Source: an uncultured delta proteobacterium
Lineage (GTDB): Bacteria > Desulfobacterota > Desulfobacteria > Desulfobacterales > JAHEIW01
Assembly (NCBI GenBank): GCA_963706575.1
Contig: CAVPNL010000015.1
Span: 160,001-224,000 of the forward strand
Reading direction: 5' to 3'
DNA length: 64,000 bases
The notes beneath the pieces are model-generated. The model did no database searches, was not told the DNA's origin, and worked only from the letters and a program-made list of their open reading frames with translations. Position 1 is the first letter of the stretch. The number at the start of each line of letters is the position of its first letter. Made by a program: the position numbers and the translations under genes. Shown piece by piece: positions 19,058 through 29,071 of this stretch.

Positions 19058-19984
19058 ATGAAAAAAATGATGAAAAAATTCTGTATCACAGCAGGCATCC
19101 TGCTGCTGGCGACCACCATCGCCGGCGCGGATGCGGTGGAACAGGCCCTGTCCGACATTGCCCCGCAGGCGGTTGTGCAGAGCACGCGCGAACTGATTGA
19201 ATCCGGCCTGGTGTCTGAGCGCGCCATCGAAGTGACCCGGGACATGCTGCAAAATCGGTTCGAGACGCCGCAGATCGCCGCGGCGCACCGGGTGCTGCTG
19301 AAAGCCCAAAACCAGGGATTGCCGCCGGGCCCCATTATCGATAAAGCCCTTGAAGGCATGGCCAAGCACGTTCAGGCAGACCGGATTGTCCGGGCGATGG
19401 ACGCGGTTCGAGCGCGGTATGACTTTTCGCTCCATGAGGCCCGTAAACTCACCGCCCGCAAATCCCCAATGAATCAGATAGGGCATGTCATTGCCGCCGG
19501 GCTGAGCGCCGGATTGACCCCGCAAAGCGTTGAATCCATCACCGAAGGGCTTCAGGAACGATCCCGTGCAATGAATACCGACCAGCGAGACGCTCTGGCA
19601 CTGGAGACTTTTAAAATGGCCCGGGATATGGCGCGTCTGGGCGTATCCCCTTCGCAGACCGCAGCGGTGATCGGGCAGGCGCTGCAGCATCAGTTTAGCG
19701 TCAGGCAGATGCAAAATATGCGTACGGCCTTTCGAAACGATTCCCGTACGACCGCATCTCAGGGACTGGCGGCCACTTACGACCGGGCCATTCAGCAAGG
19801 AAAAAGTTTTGAAGGCCCCGGCGGCGGTCAGATGGGCGAAGGCCATGGCGCCGGGTCGACCGGCGGAGCCGGGGGCGGACCGGGCGGTTCCGGCTCCGAA
19901 GGCGGCGGCCCGGGAAGCGGCCCGGGCGGCGGTCCTGGCGGTGGTCCTGGCGGTGGAGGTGGTCCCGGAGGTTCCGGCAGTTAG
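19058..19984 (+). CDS. secreted helical protein with Gly-rich low-complexity tail
   Basis: signal peptide; C-terminal GPGG-rich tail; followed by a terminator. Confidence 0.75.
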   Translation: MKKMMKKFCITAGILLLATTIAGADAVEQALSDIAPQAVVQSTRELIESGLVSERAIEVTRDMLQNRFETPQIAAAHRVLLKAQNQGLPPGPIIDKALEGMAKHVQADRIVRAMDAVRARYDFSLHEARKLTARKSPMNQIGHVIAAGLSAGLTPQSVESITEGLQERSRAMNTDQRDALALETFKMARDMARLGVSPSQTAAVIGQALQHQFSVRQMQNMRTAFRNDSRTTASQGLAATYDRAIQQGKSFEGPGGGQMGEGHGAGSTGGAGGGPGGSGSEGGGPGSGPGGGPGGGPGGGGGPGGSGS

Positions 19985-20079
19985 TCTTAAAAACGATGGT
20001 GCCGTCCTGAAGCTTTCCGGATGACAGCAGCTGAATTTACCTGCCTGAGCAAACGCAGCGCTTTTAATTTCCTTCTCCG

Positions 20080-20109
20080 AAGCGGGGCCCATGGGGCCCC
20101 GCTTTTTTT
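20080..20109 (+). terminator. intrinsic terminator
   Basis: AAGCGGGGCCC-ATG-GGGCCCCGCTT followed by a T run. Confidence 0.85.
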
Positions 20110-20147
20110 GGAGGAGGGGTCTGTGGGGAAAAAAAACATAAAAAATT

Positions 20148-20173
20148 TGTAACCTTTTCCAATGCGAGCCGTT
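20148..20173 (+). promoter_or_regulatory. second ECF-type promoter
   Basis: AAAATTTGTAAC-N16-CGTT, matching 17626-17651. Confidence 0.65.
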
Positions 20174-20297
20174 TATGGTTTGAAACGCGCGCAAATATCC
20201 GCGAAAAAACTGGGCTGTCCGGGGCAGGAATTGAACCCGAAAAACGGAGAGGACCTGTTCCCGGTCTCCTGAGACAATTTCAGGAAAAGGAGGAGAA

Positions 20298-20824
20298 ATG
20301 ATGTCAAAAAAGATTATTTCCGCGATATGGCCGCTGATGGTGTTGGGCTTCATGCTGACGGCGACATGGGCGGCAACACCCGATGATTTTAATTTTCAGA
20401 AGCCGATCGCACTGAGTTCGCAAAACCGTGCGGTAGGCGGCTGTCCAATGGCAGCCGACATGCTGAGAGATCCGTTTGTTCTCGCCCAAGGTGGTGGCGG
20501 CGGTGGTGGCGGCGGTGGCGGCGGTCCGGTGACGCTGGCGGTTCGGGCGGCAGCGGTGGTCCGGGCGGTTCCGGTAACGGCCAGGGCGGCAACAGCGACA
20601 GTAACGGCGGCGATGCCCTGGGCGGCAGAGGACCAAAGGGCGGCCAGCAATCGAATCAGCAGCAGCAATTACAGCAGCATTTGCAGGTCCAAAATCAGCA
20701 TCAACATCAGCATCAACATCAGCACCAGCATCAGCACCAGCATCAAGAACAAGAACCGCAGGAGCAACAGCAGCACCACCAGTATCAACATCACCACCAG
20801 TACCGGTACGGGCAAACGCCTTAA
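20298..20824 (+). CDS. secreted Gly-rich and (Gln-His)n protein, one frameshift near 20524
   Basis: RBS AGGAG, signal peptide, poly-Gly; shifted frame reads SGDAGGSGG...QN(QH)8QEQEP...HHHQYRYGQTP*. Confidence 0.65.
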
Positions 20825-20996
20825 TAATGCTCTGCTATAATATCTAACGGTCCCGGTAACGGCGGCTGAGCCGGTCCTCGGCGTTCAATGGTCGGTCAGT
20901 CGCCGCCGGGCCTGGCTCAAAGCCGCAGAGTTGACTTTCCAGCACTGGTGAGGTGTCTATTAAGCAGATGGAGAATTGAAATAGTTTAAATTAAAA

Positions 20997-21042
20997 TGCG
21001 CCATCACACAATTTGTGCCGCAATAAAGTGTGTCATGTTACA
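20997..21042. promoter_or_regulatory. putative enhancer (UAS) A: two 14-bp boxes 32 bp apart
   Basis: TGCGCCATCACACA and TGTGTCATGTTACA; homologous to 28815-28860 and 33320-33365. Confidence 0.7.
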
Positions 21043-21100
21043 CTCGAAGCGCCGGCGTTTTTCCGTCAAACCCCTCGGATCATCAAGACTTGCTTTTCGA

Positions 21101-21113
21101 TAACTAATTGATA
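21101..21113 (-). promoter_or_regulatory. IHF-binding site
   Basis: TATCAATTAGTTA on the minus strand matches WATCAANNNNTTR, between UAS and promoter. Confidence 0.55.
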
Positions 21114-21165
21114 TTTTAACAATTAATTCCAACACATTGAGAATCCGGTGTATGGAAGCTTTTTC

Positions 21166-21180
21166 TGGCACAAATCTTGT
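21166..21180 (+). promoter_or_regulatory. sigma54 -24/-12 promoter
   Basis: TGGCAC-AAATC-TTGT. Confidence 0.6.
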
Positions 21181-21289
21181 TTTACAAAATCTACAAGAGT
21201 CTTAGATTACGCAGCAGGTCTGTTAAGCGGTTTTCGATCCTAAAAACGGCAAGGCGCACGTTCTGCATTCATCACGGAATTGGCTGAAA

Positions 21290-21487
21290 ATGAACGATTT
21301 CAAAACGCTATCATCGGACAGAGGGAACGGAGAGGAAAAATTCTGCCCCGTGCTCATCGACCCCGAGCCGGACTGTTACTGCTTCAACCTCAACAGCCAG
21401 AACATTGCCTTTGCCCTGAAGTACTGCCAGGGCAACTATGTGGCCTGTGACATTTATCAGCGTGTGCTAAATAGAGAAAATCCCTGA
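21290..21487 (+). CDS. small Cys-rich protein (65 aa)
   Basis: CP...CYC...YC...C.IY, five Cys; sigma54-like promoter upstream. Confidence 0.6.
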   Translation: MNDFKTLSSDRGNGEEKFCPVLIDPEPDCYCFNLNSQNIAFALKYCQGNYVACDIYQRVLNRENP

Positions 21488-21825
21488 GATTTCTTGCAGT
21501 TCTCCTGACAGAAAAGCACTATTCCTGCAAATCGAAAACCGCAACATCTTTTGTATAATGGAATTTGATATATTCTGCCCGAGGCGCTTAACGGCTCCAT
21601 CGGGCGTTGTAGACTGCAAAGCTCAGCGGCGTTGCCCGCGATTGGTGGCGATAAGGGGCTTTGCTCGGCGGCTGGCACAATGAGGGAATATTCCACCTGA
21701 GTGAAACGATTTTTTTAAAAGCGGCTCTGCAGAGCCGCGTCCAAGAAGTCTTTTATCTTTACTGACCCCTCCAAGCCATTTCAAGGCCCTCGACTGACAC
21801 GGTCCATACGGAAACCTGGAAAGTC

Positions 21826-22422
21826 CTAGTCCTCGCTATTCGGTTTTTTCTTTCCCTTCTTGTTTTTGCCTATAGCCTTCCAGAGCACTTCCAGAGTCTC
21901 CTGGTTACGTAGAAGAACAGCGCTTACGCCGCCATTTGTTTTTACGACCACCCACAAGGCGATGAGATCTTCCCCTTCCAGACATGGATAGTAACCGATA
22001 GCAACATTGTCACCCGGCCTGGGTTGGGGAATTGCAGAGGTTGCTTCCATGACCGTATACTGTTCACTTTCATCAGTTATAGGCAAACAGTTACTATCAT
22101 CAATTTCCAGGGTAACAGCGTTTTCCCAATAAAACGCCGGCCCTATGCCCAAGATTGTCGTTACGTTCCCATCCACGCACTCATTGCAGTCGTCGTTGCC
22201 GTCTCCGGGGCAATCTATTGGCCCATCGTTCAGAGTCTCAATGTCACTGCAAATCGTAATTCCATCTTTTCTGTCATCGTGAAGCGATAGGACACACCCG
22301 GACACAACTTCTAATGTGTCCACATTAGGGCCCTTCTTAAATTCTTTACCAAAGGCCTGCACGGCTGCGAAGATCATGATGGTTGCCAATCCAACAAGCA
22401 CTATCCGGATAGAATTTTTCAT
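21826..22422 (-). CDS. secreted acidic Cys-containing hypothetical protein
   Basis: RBS AAAGGAG, signal peptide MKNSIRIVLVGL..., Lys-rich C-terminus. Confidence 0.65.
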   Translation of the reverse strand: MKNSIRIVLVGLATIMIFAAVQAFGKEFKKGPNVDTLEVVSGCVLSLHDDRKDGITICSDIETLNDGPIDCPGDGNDDCNECVDGNVTTILGIGPAFYWENAVTLEIDDSNCLPITDESEQYTVMEATSAIPQPRPGDNVAIGYYPCLEGEDLIALWVVVKTNGGVSAVLLRNQETLEVLWKAIGKNKKGKKKPNSED

Positions 22423-22479
22423 CGTAACGCTTTCTCCTTTGTTAATGTTTTGTAACTTCGCCATCCACGCTTCAACATT

Positions 22480-22815
22480 GCGCTCGGGATTGACGCCTCA
22501 GCCAACGATCGGGCCGCCTGCGGCCGAAACCCCGTGGCCTCGTTCAGGTTCCGTTCGGATTCCATCCCGGAAAGCTTACCGGCGCCGGTCTTGCTCAGGA
22601 TATATTCCAGATCGTACAGGTGGTCGATGCCATCATCCTCGGCCACGGGATCGCCGGTCCACTCGAAGGCTTCCGAATCGAAGCGATCGCTTTTGCTTTT
22701 GCCCACGACCATGAGACCACCGGCCGCGGATCCGAACTTATGGGCAGTTCCGGTGGCCACGCTGTCAGGCTTCTACCTGGAAAGCCCGCCCAGCGCTTTG
22801 TCACCCACTACCCGA
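22480..22815 (-). pseudogene. degenerate duplicate of the 3' part of the neighbouring repeat-protein gene
   Basis: DSEAFEWTGDPVAEDDGIDHLYDLEYILSKTG aligns with DSEAFVWAGNPVLEDDEIGYMYDLEYILTKTG; no 5' part, frame broken. Confidence 0.8.
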
Positions 22816-22858
22816 TGGCGCTACCATACAGGATACCATGGCGGCCCGGGCTCAAGTG

Positions 22859-22891
22859 ATTGCCCCGCCCGGGAGACCCGGGCGGGGCAAT
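22859..22891 (-). terminator. strong GC hairpin after the repeat-protein gene
   Basis: ATTGCCCCGCCCGGG-AGA-CCCGGGCGGGGCAAT. Confidence 0.55.
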
Positions 22892-22961
22892 GGCAATGTC
22901 CGGGGGGGCAGGACCGCCGGCCGCCATAAATTTTTTCGGGCCGAATCCTGCCCGGCCGGAG

Positions 22962-24370
22962 CTACTCGTGGGTGAAGACCAGCTCATCGAACGGGAAACC
23001 CGTAACCACCCAGGCTTCGACCCCGCCCTCGGGGTTGATGCCCCAGCCGACGATCCGATCGCCGGCATCCGACACCCCCGTGGCCTGGTTCAGGATCCAC
23101 TCGGAACCCATCCCGGACGCTTCACCGACACCGGTCTTGGTCAGGATGTACTCGAGGTCGTACATGTATCCGATCTCATCGTCCTCGAGGACCGGGTTGC
23201 CGGCCCACACGAAGGCCTCGGAGTCGTAGAGGATGCTCTTGCTGTAGCCCACCACGATGAGTTCGCCGACCAACGATCCGGTTCGATATGCGATGCCGGT
23301 CGCCGTGGCGTCGAGCTTCTTCTTGGAAAGCCCGCCCAGCCCCTTGACCACCCACTCTCCGGTAGTGCCGTCCACGAACCAGATGCAGGCCTGGGGGCCC
23401 TTGGGGCTGTCGCTGCGACCCGCGATGATCGCGCCGTCGGGCGTCATGGCATAGGCCTCGCTCCACTGGCCTCCGTCGACATTGGGCAGGACCACGCTCA
23501 ACAGCGTGATCGGGTCGGTGTTCGCGTCAACCACGGTGGTGACAAAGGCCCGGTTGCCCCGCTTGGTGCCCCCATAGCCGGCGATGATCAAGCCGTCCGC
23601 CGACACGGCCTCGGCCTTGGTCCACTGGAGAGTCTGCTCGGTGTAGACCGAATCGGTGATGGTCAGGCGCCTTGACCACCGGCAGCAGCGGGTCGGTCAT
23701 GTCGGCGCGGAATGCCAGCGCGCCGCGCGTGTTGTGGCCGTAGCCCACCATGATGAGCCCGTCGGTCGACACTTCCTTGGCCACCATCTCGGAGACGCCG
23801 CCGCCGAAGTCCGGAATGGTCGTGTAGTCCCCATCATCGACCGAATCGAGCACCGGCAGCAGCCATTGAACGGCGTAGGACACGGTCCCCAGGGTGTATG
23901 TTCCGACGGGCGTCGAGCCGCCCCAGTCGAGATTCAGGTTGGGCAGGTCGTAGCCGGTCGGCATCGTAGGTCATGTCCGAGGACGCATAAGCGGCGCTCG
24001 GCCGGGACGGGGCGATGACCCCGATGTCCTCCTGGACCTGGAGCTCGTTGTAGAGCGGCGGCACCCCGTCGTCGGTGGCGATGGCCCAGTCGATGTCGCT
24101 GCGCCAGGCCCGCTCGAAATCCACCACCACGGTCGAGCCGACGGCCGTCCTCCCGTCGCGGGAGATGCCCAGGGCCTTGGCCGAGTCGTGGGGGCCGTCC
24201 ATGTGACCCCAGCGCCAGAAGTAGAAATCGTCAATCGGCGTTTCGGGCGGAGGGTCCTCGTTCGGCGGCGGCTTCCCGGGGATGCCCCCTTTGGCCCCCC
24301 ATACGGTGGTGCCGGCCGCGAGGAACATTGCGCAAAGCACGATCGTTATAAGAAAGAGTTTTCTTTTCAT
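22962..24370 (-). CDS. secreted HAF-type repeat / beta-propeller-like protein (~468 aa), frameshifts near 23962 and 23668
   Basis: RBS GGAGG, signal peptide; repeats SRDGRTAVG, STDGLIMVG, SADGLIIAG, TPDGAIIAG, SDAGDRIVG spread over three frames. Confidence 0.75.
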
Positions 24371-24530
24371 GATTTCCTCCTTTCGGATAGGTTGATAGGA
24401 AGACGTTAACGGCGGCTGCGGGTAAACCCGCGCCGGCGCGCTTATTTCCGGCGATCCCGTCCCCTTTTTCAAGCGGACTTCGATCGTCCGCGCGTCGTGC
24501 CCTGATCTGTACGCACGCAAACCGTGTCGT

Positions 24531-24559
24531 AGCGGCCCCCGTTTTCGGCGGGGGCCGCT
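24531..24559 (-). terminator. GC hairpin downstream of the large secreted protein gene
   Basis: AGCGGCCCCCG-N7-CGGGGGCCGCT. Confidence 0.5.
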
Positions 24560-24614
24560 CGAACTTAGCGTCAGGGCCTCCCGGCGCTCGATTGCGCTAT
24601 ATTGCGGCGCGGTC

Positions 24615-27600
24615 TTAGCGGTAGTCGACCCGGCGGAACATGATGTCGCTGCTGATGACATCGCCGTTGTCGTTTTTAGCTTCCTCCAGCCAGATGCCGT
24701 ACATGCGCGAGCCGTCCGGCGTCTGGCGCAGCTGGGCCGCGCCCTGCTCGGGCTTGTCCTTGGCCAGCGGGTTCCAGCCCTCCTGGGGCTTGCCGCTGCC
24801 GCCCTGGGGGGTCACGATCACGCTCTCGTAGCGCTGCCCCTTGTCTTTGGTGCGGCTGTAGTCGATGTCCAGCGGCATCTTGGGGTAGACGACGTCGTCG
24901 GGCAGCTGGTTCTGGTTGAACTCGAGGCCGTAGGCCAGCTGGTAGACGCTCTTGTCCCACTTGTCTTCCGGGTACTTGATGGCCCCGTCGGTCAGGATGG
25001 TCCCCGGCGTCTTGACCAGCCGCGGCTCGAGCACGCTGATGCGGTTGTTGCGCAGGTTGGAGACGTTGCGCGGCGGCTCGGCCGCCCCCGGCACGTACAC
25101 GGTGGTGACCACCTCCTCTTCCCAGAAGACCTCCTGATTTTCGTCGTCTTCGATCGGCACCCTGAAGACCACGTTGTGCTCGATGGGCACGGCGTCTGCG
25201 GGATCGGTCGTCCAGGATTGGCCGCCGTTGAAGGAGCGCCGGATAAAGAAGTCGTACTTGTCGTTGGCCTTTCTGCCCCAGTTGGGCGTCAGGCTGTAGC
25301 CGATGAGCAGCTCGTCGCCGTTGATGGCCCCGCGGTGGGCCCGCGCGTCGGTATAGGGGTTTTTGGCGGACGAATCTGCGAGGTTGGCCGCTGACCACCC
25401 CCACCGGAGCATCTTGACCGGCTTCTCAAGGTCATACGGGTTCTGCCACAATTCGGTCGGCTCCACACTGCTGAGGTTCTGGGCGCCGGGCAGGAAGTTG
25501 CCGAAGGCGTAAGGGTTGCCAGTGGCAGAAGCCACTGCGCGCCGCATGAAAATGTCGGCCGGCTTGCCGCTGCCCTCCTCGCCCTGGCGATAGAGGGCCA
25601 CCAGGACCGTCTTGGATGGTCCGGCCTTGGACTTGGGCTGGGTCACGAAGCGCACCCTCCGCGCGTTTTCGTAGGCCAGCTGCGGCTCGCCCTTCCAGTC
25701 AAGCAGCAAATCCCCGAACTCGTCGAACAGGTAGACCGGGTTGCCGTTCTCGTCGGTTTCCGGCAGGTTGACGATGCCCCCGCCGGCGGCGATGTCGGGA
25801 TTGGCGAAATCGAAGCTGTGGTAGATGACGTTTTTGCCCACGTCCGGTTTGTAGCGGTCTTCATCAGGCTCAGTCTCTGAACCTGCCACATCGGGATCAC
25901 AGGGGTCTTCATACTCATCATGGTCCGGGGGCACGCCCACGCCCTTCCTCTCCTCGTAGCCGATGATGGCCCAGGCGCTCTTGCTGCCGTCGGACTTCTT
26001 GTAGGGCTGCAGGAAGATGTTGGCCCGGGAGGCGCCGGTGTTGCCGTCGAGCAGGCGCCCGTCGGCGGTGACGCAGACGTGGTGGACTTCGCCCTTGGGG
26101 TTGGTTTTCTCCACGGTATAGGCGCACAACGGATTGGACCCCGGGAGCTCGGCCGTGCCGATGTTTTCGATGGTGCCGCAGTAGCGGTGGGTGCCCTCGC
26201 CCTCGCCGTCATAATCGTGCTCCCCGCTTCCCCCCGTGGGGACGATGTTCTCCTCGCTGCACATGTCGTTGTCGGAGATCTTCACCGGCAGCGACATGGG
26301 CGCCAGGGCCTTGACCCGTCCGGCCAGATCGGGATCGGTGTCCACGAGGTCGTCATTGTCGCCGTGGCCGCCCTCGGGGTAGTCGTAGTCGATCTTGCCA
26401 AAATCGCTCAGCTTGATGTAGCTGTACCAGATGTCGGTCTTGTTGTTCGTTCTGGCGCCGCTCCAGCCCTCGCCGGGGCCGTCGCCTTCACCGGGCACCA
26501 GGCCCTTGGGGTCCTCCTGCCAGACGATGGCGAACCCGACGCCGGTGCCCGCCCCGGCAAAGAGCTGGTGGGCGTCGCGCCGGCCGGAGGTGAGCCGCTC
26601 GGGCTTGAACCACTGGACATTGCCGCCGGAATCGACCACGCCCCGGGCCGCCCAGACGCAGCTGTAGGGCACCTCGCCCTTTTCGGGATAATCCTCGTAG
26701 ATCACCGAGCGCTGCGGGCCGCCCACGCCCGTAAAGGTCGTCGGCCCAGTAGGCGTCGTCGCCCGGGTAGTCAAGCGTGCACACGGTGCCCTCGGCGGTT
26801 TCGCGGCATATCTCACAGGGATCGGGCAGGCCGTCCCCGTCCGTGTCGGGGCAAACCTTGATGGCGTAGCCCGGCCGCCCGCCCCGGCAGTACTTGTCGG
26901 TCCAGGCCACAAAGATCATGTTGTCCTTGACCTTGAGCATGGGCTTCACGGACTCGCCGGGGTAACCATTAACGTCGAAAGACGACTTGCCGGCGGTCTT
27001 GGAGATGTTGCGGCGCTTCCAGGTCTCGCCGTCGTCCCTCGAGATGGCCACGAACACGTCCGAGGCACCCGTGTCCTCGACCTCGTCAAGATAGGCGACC
27101 ACGATCGGTTTGGCCTCGTTTCGCGTCTCGATCACATTGCCGTCCGCGTCGTGGTAGACGACAGAGGCAGAGCTCCCGTCCGAGCGCTGGGCCGGGACGT
27201 AGACCGGCATGATCTCGATTTTGGCCTTGTCGCTTTTCATATCGGGAGTCTTGGAGATGTTTCGCTTCATCAGGTTGCCGGCCTTCTGGCCGGAGTTGAG
27301 GTTCTCCCGGGCCTCCTCCTTGGAAACGGCCTTCAGTGCGACCTCACCGGCGCAGGCCGCCACCGTCGCGTTGATCAGGGCGCTGACGGCGGCATCATCG
27401 GCGAAGAAGACATCAAGCTCCGGGATCGGAGGAAGGCCATTCAGCGCGTTATCCAGACAGCCGATCACCGTTTCGGTGATGTTGATCGCGCCCTGCGCGG
27501 GGTTGCCGTCCGCGTCCAGGCTCTGCAGCAGCCGGGCCACGTTGAGGACCCGGTAGTCATCCAGGTCGCCTCCCTCGAAGAGGTCTACCGGCGAGACCCG

Positions 27601-28404
27601 GCGATCGGCCAGGACGTCGCCCAGGGGCAGGCTGCCCACGAAAAAGTTGACCCGCTCTTCAGGGATGAACCAGAACTGCCCGTTGTCGCCGGTCGTCCCG
27701 GACTGCGTGGGCGTCTCGAACCTCAGGCCGTTTACGTTGGCGTCGATGAAATGCCCCGGCTCGACCTTGGCCAGCGGGTAGGTGACGTACCAGGCCCACA
27801 CGGCCTCTTCTTTTTCGAGCCGGTCAAAAAACGTCAATTCGTGCTCGGCATAGGCGGACTGGGGGATGTCCACCCAGTTCTCCGTACCGTCGTCATTAAC
27901 GCCGTCTTGCTCATAAAGTTCGACGCGGACGATGACGAAGCGGTTGGGCGGGCACTTTTCCGGATCGACCCCCCAGCAGATCGAGTTTGCTCCCTTGGGA
28001 ATCAGATCTTCAAAGGAAATCACCTCTGTGTGGCCTTCGGCCAGATATCCGTAAGTCCCCAGGTAGTCCGTCTTGTAATCAAATTTGCCGGCGATGGGCT
28101 TGCCTTTTTTGTCTAAAACTTTTTCAAAGTCATCCGGGTCAACGACGACATGGATGTTGACCTTCTCGAGCCTATAACCGATAGTGGGAATGACTTCGAT
28201 TTTCAGTTTGTCTCTGGTGTTCCAGAACTTGACATCGCCCACATACACCCAATCATCAGGGGCAGCCCCATCAATCCAGTTCTTGCACATCAGCTCGGTT
28301 ACGATCGGCCAAAGCGGCTCCCCTTCGGCGCCGGCGCTGCCGCCAGGCAGGCACAGCGCGACAAACAAAAACAAGAGTAAAAATTTTGGTTTAGTCTTAA
28401 ACAT
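24615..28404 (-). CDS. large secreted multidomain protein (~1262 aa) with Asp-box motifs, resembling choice-of-anchor O proteins; frameshift near 26730
   Basis: RBS AAGGAGGTG, signal peptide; SRDDGETW and SFNGGQSW Asp-boxes; DTDGDGLPD; WQEDPKGLVPGEGDGPGEGWSGA; the two ORFs join at YWADDLY/GVGGPQRS by removing one G. Family name is from recollection. Confidence 0.75.
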
Positions 28405-28688
28405 GATTTTCACCTCCTTGTGTGTGTCCGTTATGGCGATCCATCCCGGGCCTCAGGACTGCGGCCCGAAGACCCGGATAAAGTATCCGATCGCCCCCAT
28501 CGTTCGATGCTGCCGGCCGGTCTGCCCGCAGCCCCCCTCCGTCGGCCGTAAATCTTCTGAGATGTCGGATGAGATGTCGGATTGATTTCGCGCTTTTAAT
28601 TATTGCTAATCGCATTCGGGCATCGGTATGCGGTGTCACTGCTGGTTTCGCGGTGTCGTGGCGGGCTTGATACCGAAATTTTTACAGA

Positions 28689-28703
28689 TCAAAAAATGTG
28701 CCA
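28689..28703 (-). promoter_or_regulatory. sigma54 -24/-12 promoter of the secreted-protein operon
   Basis: TGGCAC-ATTTT-TTGA on the minus strand. Confidence 0.6.
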
Positions 28704-28814
28704 TGATGGAAATGCGCCGTCGATGGGCGCACCGAAATGTATGATTGTTTTAAATATTGGCGGGTTATCCGGTGGGTCGGCAGGCGGAAGTAAAAGATCC
28801 TGCCATGCGGGGGA

Positions 28815-28860
28815 TGCGACATGGCACGGTATGAGACGGCAGACTTTGTGCCACGGCGCA
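28815..28860. promoter_or_regulatory. putative enhancer (UAS) C
   Basis: TGCGACATGGCACG and TGTGCCACGGCGCA, 32 bp apart. Confidence 0.7.
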
Positions 28861-29071
28861 TTTTCAAAACGAAGGCAATGGCCTTAACTGCTCTAAATAG
28901 GCCTTTGCTGAGTTCTGATTTCGGGCTTGCCGGGGTCCCTAAAGGTTGCAGCGAATCGGCCGCCTTGCCCTGCTTGCCGGTGCTGCGCTGTGGTGCGCTC
29001 CAGATTCGCCTGCGATCGACCCAATTGGTGCAGAAGCATAGGAAGGCATTGCGGCCGTCCGAACCCAACCC

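Noticed and set aside
19049..20353. 434-aa minus-strand ORF
   Set aside because: Antisense shadow of the GC-rich 19058..19984 gene, crossing a terminator; no motifs
20842..20935. Possible second attC site (TCTAAC...hairpin)
   Set aside because: The right end lacks a properly placed GTT and the L boxes are unconvincing; treated as a plain hairpin
25920..28116. 313-aa and 321-aa plus-strand ORFs
   Set aside because: Antisense shadows of the large secreted protein gene, expected from high GC3
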